DNA of 64,000 nt from an uncultured delta proteobacterium (GCA_963847445.1 CAWJZV010000046.1:32001-96000), one strand, 5' to 3'. Numbered from the stretch's first letter, positions 11,786 through 22,954 are shown. The notes: generated by a model from the sequence alone, not told the origin. Translations and numbers: made by a program.

Positions 11786-12415
11786 TCATGTTTTTGCTTT
11801 TTTCCCCGGTGCTTCAAACTGCTTGTCCTTCATCTTACTGACGAGATCTTGGTAGGAAGACTTACCGATAACGCGGTTAAATTGCGAGCGATAGTTATTG
11901 ACCAGGCTGACATTCTCAATCACGGCGTCGTAAATCTTCCAGCCGCCGCTGGTCTGGTGCAGCTTGTAATCGATGGCATATTCTTCACCTTTTTTTGTCA
12001 CGATCTTGGTATTCACTTCGGCGAAATCTTTGTCCTGCTTCTCATTTGCCACGACAACCTTTTCTCCATTATAAGACTCGATCGCGTCGACGTAGGATGA
12101 TTCCACAAGATCCGTGAAAAGCTTGACGAACTCCTGCTGTTCAGCCGGGTTTCGCCGCTGCCAGTGGGATCCAAGAGAACGCTTGGCCATCTCGGCAAAG
12201 TCAAAACTTGGTCTGATGGTCTGTCGTAGTCGATCGAGCCGCTCCGATTTAACGCTTGAATCCGTGAGAATCGCCAGAACTTTTTCGATTGTGGCTCGCG
12301 TCTGATCGCTCGGCGCCCCCGCGTTTAGCGGCAACGCAACGAACAGGAAACTCGCGGTAAGTAAGAAAAGAAGCCAGCGTTTGTGCGTCGGATAGTAGTT
12401 CATTCGTGTCCTCAT
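11786..12415 (-). CDS. MlaC/Ttg2D family periplasmic lipid-binding protein
   Basis: Signal peptide, FDFAEMAKRSLG..W, WKIYD..IENVSLVNNYRSQF. Confidence 0.9.
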   Translation of the reverse strand: MRTRMNYYPTHKRWLLFLLTASFLFVALPLNAGAPSDQTRATIEKVLAILTDSSVKSERLDRLRQTIRPSFDFAEMAKRSLGSHWQRRNPAEQQEFVKLFTDLVESSYVDAIESYNGEKVVVANEKQDKDFAEVNTKIVTKKGEEYAIDYKLHQTSGGWKIYDAVIENVSLVNNYRSQFNRVIGKSSYQDLVSKMKDKQFEAPGKKAKT

Positions 12416-12453
12416 GCTAATGGCAAGTCGAAATATTCGCTGCGTTCTAAAAC

Positions 12454-12509
12454 TGCATCACTTATGCCGATAGATTATCCCGGCAGCTAGATGAGCAAGT
12501 GAGATGCCA
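12454..12509 (-). promoter_or_regulatory. Two tandem sigma54 -24/-12 promoter matches upstream of the mlaC-like gene
   Basis: TGGCATCTCACTTGCT (12494-12509) and CGGCATAAGTGATGCA (12454-12469). Confidence 0.65.
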
Positions 12510-12659
12510 AGAGGAGGGTGCAAGATGAGCGTGAAGTTACAGTGTTTTTTGGTTAGTTAAAGAGGAGCTTGCGAGATGACGTGAAAGTGTTTTTCATACT
12601 GACTAGATAGGAATTTTCCTTCGCTCGCGATTCCCGCGCGTGCGCGAGACAACACAGGA

Positions 12660-12930
12660 TTAGTTGTTGTCCAAGAGAGGGTATGAAGTGCGCATGGCCT
12701 TGAACGGCGACGAAGCTTTGAAGCTAGTCGATAATGACTGGCTTTACGCGATATCAGAATGGGACCGGCGAGCGGACATCGCTCTTGAGTGAAATAAAGC
12801 AGCGTCGTCCTGAAATCACCGTCATCACGATGACATGCCGATCCGACCAGCGATTCCCGCAGCCAAGCGTTTGGCGCTTCGCTTATTTCACCAAACCCTT
12901 GGATCTCAGGAACTCCTGAAGACCATTCAT
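12660..12930 (+). pseudogene. Degraded response-regulator receiver domain
   Basis: Fragments GYEVRMALNGDEALKLV, EIKQRRPEITVITMT, AYFTKPLD in several frames; no start. Confidence 0.6.
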
Positions 12931-13128
12931 AGACTCTCGTAGGCCGGTGAAAATCAATAGACTTTGATGAGTCAACTGCAAGCGTTCGGTTGGCGCATTC
13001 AGCGAGGCCGATTGTTAGGGAGAATCCCTCTCGTGATCACAGGGAAAATCCTCCCCATCGTTTCCTCGGCCCCTTACACTCGGTCAAAAGTCCAGCAAGA
13101 TCAAAGGCCTTATTCAATTTAATTGGTC

Positions 13129-13144
13129 TGGTACAGGCCTTGCA
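13129..13144 (+). promoter_or_regulatory. Sigma54 -24/-12 promoter
   Basis: TGGTACAGGCCTTGCA about 65 nt upstream of the small lipoprotein gene. Confidence 0.7.
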
Positions 13145-13210
13145 CAGCGATAGTTTATCGAGTGCCGTTTTGTTTATGAATTCTAAGTTTCGTTTCTGCA
13201 GGAGGTTGTT

Positions 13211-13469
13211 ATGCGTAAAAATCATTTTATCGTGGGTTGCTTTTTGGTTCTGAGTCTGGGCGCCGGATGCTCAACTCAAACTAGAACGGTTACCAGCGAA
13301 ACTCGAGAGTATCCTTCAGAAGCGGTCGTGGAGCAGCCGCACCGAAACCACGACTACAGAAACTCGCGGTGAATCCGGCGGCGTATTGAGCAGTACCGTC
13401 GATGTGGTGGGCGACGTTCTAGCCCTTCCTTTCCGCGCCGTCGGTGGTTTGTTGAAGGGCATTTTCTAA
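13211..13469 (+). CDS. Small lipoprotein (~85 aa, frameshift near 13338; absent from the ORF track)
   Basis: GGAGG RBS, MRKNHFIVGCFLVLSLGAGC lipobox, Thr-rich linker, C-terminal GGVLSSTVDVVGDVLALPFRAVGGLLKGIF. Confidence 0.7.
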
Positions 13470-13706
13470 CAGCATTTGCGTCACGGTAATGCTTTACTCG
13501 ATGAGCACGCGCAATCCTATTTGAATTGTTTCTCGGTGTTGCTGTCTCCGCGGGAAGATTCTCCGCTTGAAAGTGGTTGATATTCTCCGCGGAACTCTCA
13601 GACCTCCGACCAAGTAGTCTAGAAGTCAGTGAGAGCGTGCGTTGCGGGTTACCAAAGGAACGAGTTTCCTTCGTATTTGGTATTGAATTGTTACAGAGGA
13701 CCGCAA

Positions 13707-14354
13707 ATGAAGAATAGGAGACACTATACCAGCGTTATTACTGGTTTTGCGATTGTCGGACTGATTAACACAACTGGTTGCTCGACATCCGCGACGGAGG
13801 CAAAGAAGTCCATGGGTGCACCGTCACCCCGAGCATCCGCGCCGCAGTCACCGTCGGGTGCGCTAAATTCTCCAGGCTTGACCGCTGACGCTTTGCGTTC
13901 AAGAGAGCAGGACAAATCTAGCTTAGAAGCACTGCGGCGAGGCGATGCCCCACCGACGTCGGGTGATGGCGGGTTAAAAGAAGTGTATTTTGACTTCGAC
14001 CAGTACGATCTCGACAGCGAAGACCGGGCGATTCTGCGCGCCAACGCCGACTGGCTCAAGAAAAATCTCACGGCACGCGTGGAAATCGAAGGTCATTCCG
14101 ACGAACGCGGCACCAACGATTACAATTTGGCTCTCGGTGCCAAGCGGGCGCAAGCGGCCAAAGACTATTTAACGAGCCTCGGTGTTTCGGCGGATCGAAT
14201 CACCACAACCAGCTATGGCGAAGAGATTCCGGCTTGCCGCTCGCAATCCGAAGATTGCCTGCAAAAAAATCGTCGCGACAAGTTTGTGATCACAGGCCCA
14301 GGGAGCAATACGCTAGATCGGGTCGGAATCAGCAGCCGAGAGGGATCTGCATGA
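13707..14354 (+). CDS. pal: Peptidoglycan-associated lipoprotein (OmpA C-like)
   Basis: Lipobox TTGC; VYFDFD, IEGHSDERGTNDYNLALG.KRA, SYGEE, KNRR. Confidence 0.88.
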   Translation: MKNRRHYTSVITGFAIVGLINTTGCSTSATEAKKSMGAPSPRASAPQSPSGALNSPGLTADALRSREQDKSSLEALRRGDAPPTSGDGGLKEVYFDFDQYDLDSEDRAILRANADWLKKNLTARVEIEGHSDERGTNDYNLALGAKRAQAAKDYLTSLGVSADRITTTSYGEEIPACRSQSEDCLQKNRRDKFVITGPGSNTLDRVGISSREGSA

Positions 14355-15199
14355 CCACCTATTGCATCAATGAATCGCTACAATCTGGTGGGATTCCCCA
14401 ACGATTGAACTTTAATGATCAAAATCTCTGGCAGGTGGTTGTCGAGTCGCCGGCGATATTTGTGTTTCTTGACTTCGACGGAACCGTAGCCGAAATCGCG
14501 CCAACTCCGGCCGACGTATTGTTTAGCGAGCCGCGAAAACGTTGGCTCAGAGATTTTCATTCGTTGCCCGGATGCTCCGTTGGAATCGTCAGTGGCCGTC
14601 CCATTGACGAGCTGAAGCGGCTCATCGGTTTAGAACAGATTTTTTATGTCGGTTGCCACGGCTTGGAGTGGGCGGCGCCCGACGGCACGTCCAATTTGTC
14701 ATGGCCGCACCGGGTGATTGTCGATGCGCTACGTTCCTTGCGCGAAGAGATGAGCCGAGCTATGGCGGACGCTGATGGAATTATCCTGGAAGACAAGGGC
14801 ATTGCTCTCGCCTTGCACTTCCGGCAGGCCGAGGGCGACACGGCATGGGCGGCGCGCCAGGAGTTTGTCCGCGCGGTCCATGGCTATCAGCAGCAGGGCG
14901 TTAAACTGGAACTTTTGGCCGGCAATGAAGTTATTGAAGCCAAACCCACAGGCATGACGAAAGCCGATGCCATAATGCAAATCCTCGCACGCTATGCTCC
15001 CACCGCGTTGCCGATCTATATTGGCGACGACCGCACCAATCAAGCAGCGTTTGAAGCCATTGCGGAAATCGGCATGGCTATTCACGTCGAGGAAACGCCA
15101 CGAAAGACCGCCGCCGCTCGATTTCTCAAGAACCCTACCGAAGTATATCTGTTTCTTCGTTGCCTGACCCATATGAGAGAAAAGCGAGACAAAACTTGA
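14351..15199 (+). CDS. otsB: Trehalose-6-phosphate phosphatase
   Basis: FLDFDGT, IVSGR, GCHGLE, EDKG..LALHFR, YIGDD. Confidence 0.85.
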   Translation: MTTYCINESLQSGGIPQRLNFNDQNLWQVVVESPAIFVFLDFDGTVAEIAPTPADVLFSEPRKRWLRDFHSLPGCSVGIVSGRPIDELKRLIGLEQIFYVGCHGLEWAAPDGTSNLSWPHRVIVDALRSLREEMSRAMADADGIILEDKGIALALHFRQAEGDTAWAARQEFVRAVHGYQQQGVKLELLAGNEVIEAKPTGMTKADAIMQILARYAPTALPIYIGDDRTNQAAFEAIAEIGMAIHVEETPRKTAAARFLKNPTEVYLFLRCLTHMREKRDKT

Positions 15200-15626
15200 T
15201 CGCAACTCGCCGGCACTGCTGCGATACGCGCTCGAGCGTCTGACGCCGGCATTACCACAGGACCTTTTGGCCATACCGCGCCAAGCGCATCGAACAGATC
15301 ACTGCAGCGGATTATTATCGTCGTCATTGCCTGCAGCAAAAATTTTCAACCAATTCCGCAGTCGAGCCGCGCGCGATATTAGAAATCGCCGCGGCTTGTG
15401 GCGTTTCGCTGCCAAGGTGGAATGGCCCGAGTTGCTCGGCTAGAAGCGTTCACTGCCGGTTTGACAATTTTCATCGCGCGGTGCTATCAGGCAGATGTTG
15501 ACGCTATCATGACGGTCAACAAGCACGGTGGCGGGGCCTCTAGACAAGCCGCGTCGGGTCCGTCCATGTTTCAAGCAAACTTTCGCAACGCCAGGTTCGG
15601 CGAAAACGTCGGCAGAGGAGAAACCA

Positions 15627-16706
15627 ATGACACAGCAATTGAAAGTCATCGACGGTGACGGTCATATTTTCGAAGATAGCGATGGCATCGCCCGGCACTT
15701 TCCCTACAGCGCGACCGGCGCACGGCTGCGCAGCGGGGTGTTTCCGCTCAACAGCCATATCCAGTATTCCCTGACGCGGACGCCGCCGGGGGCCTTCGCG
15801 ACCAACGCTGAAGGCCGGTTTGTTAACCCCGGTCCCGAGGGTTGGATCAAGTTCATGGAGGAGGCGGAGATCGAGCATGCGGTGCTTTTTCCCACCGCGG
15901 GCCAACGCATTGGCCGTATCGTCGACCGCGACTACGCTTGCGGCGCGGCGCGCGCGTACAACGATTGGTTGGCGGAGACTTATCTGCGGCGCGATTCGCG
16001 TTTCAAAGGGGTCGCGCTGTTACCGATGCATGATGCCGATGCAGCGTTGGCGGAACTGCAACATGCGCACAAAGATTTGGCCATGGCCGCCGTGCTGTTT
16101 CCGGCCACCGGAGTTCATTTGAATCTCGGCGCCAAGCCCTACTGGCCAGTCTACGCCGAGGCGGCGCGCTTGGGTATCCCCGTTGTCGTGCACGGCGGCG
16201 GCCATTGGGATTTAGGAATGGAAACCATGAACGTTTCCACCGGCGCCAACGCCATCGGCCATCCGATGTCACTGGCAATCGCTCTGGCGGAGATGGTGCT
16301 AAACAATTTGTTCGAACGCTTCCCCGGTCTGCGCGTCGCTTATCTGGAAGGCGGTCCGCTGTGGTTTCTCATGGCGCTCGAACGTCTGTCGCGATCCTTC
16401 GAGGCCGGCACGCCGGTCAATCCGCGCGGGGAACTGCTGCAATTGCCGGAGGGACAAACCGTCGCGGAGTACATTTTCGGGCTAGTCCGCGCTGGCCGCC
16501 TGGTGGTGGGGATCGAAGGCGGTGAAAGTGATCTCGCTTACGCGATCAAGGTCGCTGGCGAGCAAGCGTTCATGTTCTCGTCGGACTTCCCGCACGAAGT
16601 GAATCTGCAAACGATCCGAAAGGAGATTCATGAACTGCAGGAGCGCAAGGAAATTAGCGATGGCGCCAAGCAGGCGGTCCTGCGCGGTAATGCCGCCAGG
16701 TTTTAG
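15627..16706 (+). CDS. Amidohydrolase family 2 (ACMSD/LigW-like) metalloenzyme
   Basis: IDGDGH, RAYNDWL, VVHGG, YLEGG, FSSDFPHE, GNAARF. Confidence 0.88.
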   Translation: MTQQLKVIDGDGHIFEDSDGIARHFPYSATGARLRSGVFPLNSHIQYSLTRTPPGAFATNAEGRFVNPGPEGWIKFMEEAEIEHAVLFPTAGQRIGRIVDRDYACGAARAYNDWLAETYLRRDSRFKGVALLPMHDADAALAELQHAHKDLAMAAVLFPATGVHLNLGAKPYWPVYAEAARLGIPVVVHGGGHWDLGMETMNVSTGANAIGHPMSLAIALAEMVLNNLFERFPGLRVAYLEGGPLWFLMALERLSRSFEAGTPVNPRGELLQLPEGQTVAEYIFGLVRAGRLVVGIEGGESDLAYAIKVAGEQAFMFSSDFPHEVNLQTIRKEIHELQERKEISDGAKQAVLRGNAARF

Positions 16707-16911
16707 CTAGCTGTCCTGCGCGGCAACGCCGCACGCTTTTCAGGTTGGCGTCTCCGGTTAACTGAGGAATGAACATCAGGGAATTGACCGCTAGCACGCA
16801 AATCCGGGGATCACGGATTCCTTCATAATTTCTTCATCCACATAGGATGAGCATTCCGTAGTACGAATTACGATGCGTGCAAAGTACCTCAGGTGAAGCT
16901 TTGGTGCATAA

Positions 16912-17648
16912 TCAATTCTGGCCGAGACGTACCATTGCCGCCTTGAGGCTCGCCCGCATACGCTCAAGAGAGTGGGTAAGCTCTTCGAATTCATCGCGCG
17001 ACTCCGAGCTATGGGAACGTCGAGATCCCCCGTGCTGATACGCTCGGCGACCTCGATCAAGCTCTTGAATGGCCGTATTAAGCGATTTGCCAGGAAAGCC
17101 GCGATGATGACCGCTGTGGCGAGCACAAGAGTTAGCGGAATCATAAACAGCAAGAATCGATTATGGATTTCGCGCTCAACGATATCTGACCACACTCCCA
17201 AACGGACCGCTCCTAGCCGCCCCTCGAGAATCGGCCGGCGTATTTCCGTTACAGGCTTCCCTTCTATGCTTATCTCACGTCGGCTGGTTTGACTCTGCTC
17301 ATCGTGACTCAGATTTTTTTGAATCTCCGGTGACAATGATAGCAAACTATTGGCAATAACATTGCCCTCACGGTTTTGAATAATAGCATAAGCAACGCCG
17401 TTTAACTCCCCATATCTGGCAACGAGAGAATGAGGACCTAACGCATCCTTACTCAAGACATATCCGGCGGCAGTATCCGCCATGCTAGTCGCAATCAATG
17501 AGGCCTGTTGGGCGTAGCTTTCTCTCAGTGCACGACCGAGAAAATAGTAAACGATGCTCGCGATAGTCAACCCGACAACGACGATCAAGATGATGAAGTC
17601 TCTTCTCATCGATAGGATCAAACTTTTTCCTTGAGCGTCGAAATCCAC
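16912..17648 (-). CDS. Membrane protein with periplasmic sensor and C-terminal HAMP domain (frameshift near 17005)
   Basis: Two TM helices; IRPFKSL..VAERISTGDLD then DEFEELTHSLERMRASLKAAMVRL in the shifted frame. Confidence 0.65.
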
Positions 17649-18627
17649 CGCGGCTCCTTCTCGTTAGATTGCGTTTGCGGCTCGGCCATTTTTGTTAGCA
17701 GGAGCGAAAACGGCAACATTTTTTGCTGGAACTCCGCGCGTAGCACCTTGTCAAGTATTTCAGGGCTCGTAATTCGACGATCTTTTTTTAGTTTGAATTT
17801 ACCCGAACCCGTTGCGGCAATCTCCTGAAGACGGACAACCATAAATAAACAACCGGGGTAATGTCAACAACTTTAAGGTCAAAAACTACGACAATAGCTG
17901 TTGTGTAAAGTTTTTTTACATTGTCTGCACTGGCCCTATTTTCCTCTCCCGTTTCGCGGCGAAAACTCGTATGCAACGCTGCACAGTACTTGCGGCTACT
18001 GTGCAGCGATCGCAGGCAAATTTAAGAACGGATGCTCCGTGCTTGAATTCTTCACAGATCAGTCAAAAAAACCTACTAGATCGGAAGTCTGAAGAGCCGA
18101 ATTTTATGCCGCGCAAAGCGCCTGCGCATTTACCGCCCAATAGTGACTAGCTGGCTTGTGTTACCCGCGAGCTTGCGTGGTGAATCTGGGTACCGAGCGC
18201 CGGCGCGCCGGCACCGGCATGCGCGGGTTTTTGTCCCATTCGTAGATGGTGTCTCCGGTTGTCGCCATTGTCAGTCTCCTAAATTTTGTCCGATCCGACT
18301 TTGAACTTTTGCCCTCGAACGATTTGATCTGGCCATCAGATAACCGTTCTGGGATCGTGCAACGCTTATCGATCTGGTTGAACGAGTCAAGAAAAGGGAT
18401 GGCGTAGCCTTAAATCCTTCGCGGTATAGAGCAATGAAGAAATCACGAAATGATTGAAGGACTTGAAACATGACCATTCGAAAAAGGGCCGCTTCGGTTC
18501 CTCTTTGACGAGTTTTCCTGAGTAGGATCGAAGGACCGGCATGACGAACTAAAGATTCACCTAAGGGCGGGAAACTTCATTTAACTTCGAACTAAACAGT
18601 TATATCGAATCAAACCAGGAGAGTCTC

Positions 18628-19827
18628 ATGGCGCAAGAAACATCGAATCCTACAGAGTGGCAAGAGCCGGACAAAGGACAGAACGCGGGCATCGGCAGCT
18701 GGAACCGGCCCAACTCGCCGTACGATAACTTTATGGAAAGCGAAGGCGTGCCGATTTATCGCGGCATCGGTGTCGAGCGGGTGCAGGAGCTGCCGTTCAA
18801 ACCATGGAAGCGGCTCGGCGGCCGGGGTACGTTCATTCAGCTCTATGGCACCGAAGGTCTGTGGGGTTGTTACGTCGTTGAAATTCCTGGCGCCGATGGG
18901 CTCAAGGCCGAGCGCCATATGTACGAAGAGATTTATCTGGTCGTCGAGGGGCGCGGCACCACGGAGGTGTGGGTGGACGGATCGGCGCGCAAGCATCAGT
19001 TCGAGTGGCAGACCGGCTCGCTCTTTTCGATCCCGATGAACGCCTGGCATCGTGTGGTCAATGCGCGCTCGACGCCGGCGGTATTACTGGCGGCGACCAC
19101 TGCGCCGAATATGGTCAACCTGGTGCGCAACAGCGATTTCATATTCAATTGCCCCTACGTTTTCAAAGACCGCTACAGCGACGCCGACGATTTCTTTAAA
19201 CCGAACGAGGAAGTCGTGCCCGATCCGCTGCGCGGCCTTGCCATGAGCCGGACCAACCTCATTCCCGATGTCTTCAACAGCGAGTTGCAGTTGGACAATC
19301 GCCGGTCCCCAGGCTACCGGCGCATGGAACCGCGCATGACCGAAAATGTTTTCTATCAGTTCATCGGCGAGCATGAGAACGGCCGTTATTCAAAAGCCCA
19401 TGCTCACGCATCGGCCGCCGTCTTGGTCTGCATCAAAGGCAAGGGCTACACCTACACATGGCCGGTAAAATATGGCTTGACGCCATGGAAGGATGGCCAT
19501 CGCGACCAAATCATTCGCCAAGATTACGATCACGTCGGCATGGTCAGCGCCGCGCCGATGAGCGGTGATTGGTTCCACCAGCACTTTGGAGTTAGCAAAG
19601 AACCGCTGCGCCTGTTGGGTTGGTACGGCCCGAACAATCACCGCGCCCAGCAACCGGGACGGCCGGGCGAAAAGGCGATCGATGAAGGCGCCATCGACGT
19701 CCGCGACGGCGGCACGGCGATCCCCTACGACGAGGAAGATCCGTTTATTCGGGCGGAGTATGAAGAGACGGTGAAACGAGAAGGGGTGGCTTCGCGGATG
19801 GCGGATGATTTGTTTCGACGGAAATAG
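18628..19827 (+). CDS. Bicupin protein (gentisate-dioxygenase-like fold)
   Basis: ERHMYEEIYLV..G.G, IPMNAWH, AHAH and WFHQHF cupin motifs. Confidence 0.8.
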   Translation: MAQETSNPTEWQEPDKGQNAGIGSWNRPNSPYDNFMESEGVPIYRGIGVERVQELPFKPWKRLGGRGTFIQLYGTEGLWGCYVVEIPGADGLKAERHMYEEIYLVVEGRGTTEVWVDGSARKHQFEWQTGSLFSIPMNAWHRVVNARSTPAVLLAATTAPNMVNLVRNSDFIFNCPYVFKDRYSDADDFFKPNEEVVPDPLRGLAMSRTNLIPDVFNSELQLDNRRSPGYRRMEPRMTENVFYQFIGEHENGRYSKAHAHASAAVLVCIKGKGYTYTWPVKYGLTPWKDGHRDQIIRQDYDHVGMVSAAPMSGDWFHQHFGVSKEPLRLLGWYGPNNHRAQQPGRPGEKAIDEGAIDVRDGGTAIPYDEEDPFIRAEYEETVKREGVASRMADDLFRRK

Positions 19828-19904
19828 TTGGGACGGCGCCGCTTATTATGTTGCCGACGCCATGCCCGCGGGATCGCCAGGCATACGCGATTGATTGACG
19901 GATA

Positions 19905-20912
19905 ATGGGAGAAACCATGTTGAGTCTAAGAAGTTGGCTGATTTGTTTTGCTGTTGTGGCCGTTTTCGCCGCTCCGGCGCTAGCACAAAGCCTGCCTAAA
20001 GTCCGCGCCGCCTATACTTCTATAGGCATCCAATTCGATCCGGTTTACATCATGAAGGAGCTTGACCTGCCGCGTAAGCATGGCTTGGACGTCGAGGTGC
20101 TGTTTGTTCCGGTGAGCTCAAGAGCGCTTCAGGCGGCATTGGCGGGCGAGATTCAGTTTCTCACCAGTGGCGGCGTGGCCAATATCAACGCGAATGCGAC
20201 TGGCGCCGATTTCGTTGGGCTGACGGCGACGCTTAATACTTTTGCATTCAAGATTCTTGGCGGACCGGAGATTAAGAAGCCGGAACAATTGAAGGGCAAG
20301 AAGGTGGCGATTTCCCGGCTGGGCGGCGCCAGCGATTTTTCCGTCCGCTATGCGCTCACCCACTGGGGCCTGGTACCCGACAAAGACGTTGCCCTTCTCC
20401 AAGTGGGCGGCGAGCCGGAATCGGTTCTGGCATTGCAAAACAAGGCGGTGGATGCGGCGATTTTATCGGAACCCTTCTCCACGGTTGCCACGCGAGCGGG
20501 CGCGGTTGTAGTTGCTGACTTAAGCCAGCTCGGCGTGCCTTACACGATGCATGGATTCGGCGTGCGCAAGAGTTTTATTCGCGCCAATCGTGATGTCGTC
20601 GTCCGATTCATGAAAGCCTATCTCGAAGGCATCTATGTTTTTAAAACCAACAAAGACCTGGCGCTCAACGTCCTGAAAAAATACACGCGGCTCGACGATT
20701 TGTCCCTGGTGCAAGTGTCCTATGACGAGATGTCCCAGCGACTGATCCGCAGGGTTCCCTACCCTGACCGCGAAGGCATTCAGACCATCATCGATCAACT
20801 CGCCAAGACCCGCCCGCAAATGAAAAGTCTAAACCCCAATGACTTCATCGACCCGTCGATCTTGAAGGAAATCGAGGACAGCGGCTTCATTAAAAAGTTG
20901 TATGGAAATTAA
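19905..20912 (+). CDS. NMT1/THI5/SsuA-like substrate-binding protein
   Basis: Signal peptide, KHGLDVE, LKGKKVAISRLG, GLVPDKDV. Confidence 0.88.
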   Translation: MGETMLSLRSWLICFAVVAVFAAPALAQSLPKVRAAYTSIGIQFDPVYIMKELDLPRKHGLDVEVLFVPVSSRALQAALAGEIQFLTSGGVANINANATGADFVGLTATLNTFAFKILGGPEIKKPEQLKGKKVAISRLGGASDFSVRYALTHWGLVPDKDVALLQVGGEPESVLALQNKAVDAAILSEPFSTVATRAGAVVVADLSQLGVPYTMHGFGVRKSFIRANRDVVVRFMKAYLEGIYVFKTNKDLALNVLKKYTRLDDLSLVQVSYDEMSQRLIRRVPYPDREGIQTIIDQLAKTRPQMKSLNPNDFIDPSILKEIEDSGFIKKLYGN

Positions 20913-21790
20913 TTGATTACGGTTTCCGACCAGCAATCAAATGTGATTGCTCGCCTGCACATGGTTCAGAAACGATTGTCAGGACTGTCGGGTCCGAGCC
21001 CGCGGACTCCGCCGATGTACTTGAAGCCCTAAACGCTGCCGCTCGGGCAAATCATGTGATGATTTTGTGCAAACTATCTGAAGGGCTACACCGAGGTAAA
21101 AAGGGCCGGATTTCTCCAGTCCTCGTCTTTTTACTAGGTAACGCGTCACGTTGCGTCTCCAGGCTCCCCGTGCTGCGCGGGACCAATGAGAAAGCACGGA
21201 TTGAATGCTCCTCTTTACTTGGAGCAAAGGCACGCTGAGCCTTGCGTCTTTTTTTGTCGGCTTTGATTGCTTCCATGGATTGACGCCTTCCTACTTGTGA
21301 GAAAAGCAAGCTACGTACCAAAACCGACACTTATGCAATATCGATGGGTTAGAAGGTAATGTGTCTCCTAGGGGACATTTTTTGAGACAGATTTGCGATA
21401 TTGAAGGATATTCTCGTACAAATTTGGTCCATGTCTGCCATCTACTGAGCCAATCCGATCGTTTCTTTCCCGTCATGCTGGGGCTGATCTTGCGCGTCAC
21501 CGCGCCGAACTTGCAGGTCACCGCATCTGTAAGGTTATTGATCGGTGTGTCCATGTCGGTGACTGCACGCCGTTACGGAAGTAGTTAAAATCCGCACATC
21601 CTCGATCAGTCGCTGGAAATATTCGCCGTACTGACTGGTGTCGAAACTGTTTGGCGTGTTGCGTGGTGACTCCAAAATCGGCGCGACAAATTCTCATTGC
21701 GGTCAGTCGCAGGGCCGTGCTAAAGGCTCCGTAGGTGATGGGTTAACGTGGATATTTACTCGATTCCGTGCCGTGAAAGGGCTGTGAAAA

Positions 21791-22816
21791 ATGAAGAATG
21801 CCTCCTTCCGTCCGACCGTGAGCTTTCGCTTTAGCGCAATGCTGTTTGTCGGCTACTTGCTGGGCGGTGAAGTCTTTGCGCAAGTTCCATCCGCCAAGCC
21901 CGAAAAAAATCAGCTAGAGGTCGCGATCGCGGCATGGGGGGCGACATCGATTCCCACGGCGGTTGCGCTCGATGGCGGGTACTTTGCCAAGCATGGCCTG
22001 GCTGTGAATATTTCCGTGGTGGCGGCGAGCACATCGGTGCAGGCACTGATCTCGGGTAGAGTCGATATTTATCAAGGCGGCGCCACGGCGATCGGCGGCA
22101 ATCTCGGTGGGGCCGATATCATTTACGTCGGTGCTTCGGTGGATAAGAGTTCTCTGATGTTGCTTAGCCAAAAGGGCTTGACATCGTTCGAGCAATTCCG
22201 CGGCAAGACGATCTCGACAACCTCTCCCGGCGCGTTCGGCGAAATCGTCGTGCGCATGACGGCGCGCAAACATGGCATGGAAGTGGGCAAAGATGTGAAG
22301 CTGATCTATCACCGGACGCCCGGGGAAGCTTTGTCGACCTTTCTGGTTGGCAATGCCGACGGTTTGGTGATCGGCCCGCCGCACACCGATCTGGCCAGGC
22401 AAAAAGGCGCCACGGTGGTCGTCGACTATTACAAAGAAGGGGTGAAAATCATCGGTCCGGGCACCGCGGTGATGCGGGAGTTTGCTCAGAAAAATCCGAA
22501 TACGATCAAAGCCTATTTCATGGGGCATCTCGACGGCCTGAAACGCGCCATCGATGACGAGGAGTATGCAAAAAAGCTTGACACCAAGTATTCCAAGATT
22601 ACCGACGCAGCGTTACTCGCCGAAAATTACCGGCAAGGCTTGCGGGTCTGGAACAAAGACATGAGCGTCGATCCGGCGGCGATTCGCGTGGTGCTCGAAA
22701 ACTCACCGGACGACAAGGGAAAAGGCGCCGACCCGAAGCGGTTTTATGACAACTCGATAATCCAGGCGGTCAATCGCGATTACGCTTCGAGGCTATTCCC
22801 TGGGGAAGTGAAGTAG
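21791..22816 (+). CDS. NMT1/THI5/SsuA-like substrate-binding protein
   Basis: Signal peptide, GYFAKHGLAV, RGKTI, VGKDV. Confidence 0.85.
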   Translation: MKNASFRPTVSFRFSAMLFVGYLLGGEVFAQVPSAKPEKNQLEVAIAAWGATSIPTAVALDGGYFAKHGLAVNISVVAASTSVQALISGRVDIYQGGATAIGGNLGGADIIYVGASVDKSSLMLLSQKGLTSFEQFRGKTISTTSPGAFGEIVVRMTARKHGMEVGKDVKLIYHRTPGEALSTFLVGNADGLVIGPPHTDLARQKGATVVVDYYKEGVKIIGPGTAVMREFAQKNPNTIKAYFMGHLDGLKRAIDDEEYAKKLDTKYSKITDAALLAENYRQGLRVWNKDMSVDPAAIRVVLENSPDDKGKGADPKRFYDNSIIQAVNRDYASRLFPGEVK

Positions 22817-22954
22817 GGCAGGGCGGATAGCTTGTTTCGGCGGAAATAGAGAACTGGTTCGCGCGTAACGGAACGACTAGGGAATGTCAGTGAGACATGG
22901 ATAGATTGCAAAGTACCCAGTCTGTTTAGAAAGTAAGGCGTGGCCCTGGCCCCG

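Noticed and set aside
17650-18600. Possible N-terminal extension or extra genes upstream of the HAMP protein
   Set aside because: Fragmented frames with no identifiable domain
20930-21750. Short ORFs in a lower-GC spacer
   Set aside because: No recognisable motifs; probably eroded DNA
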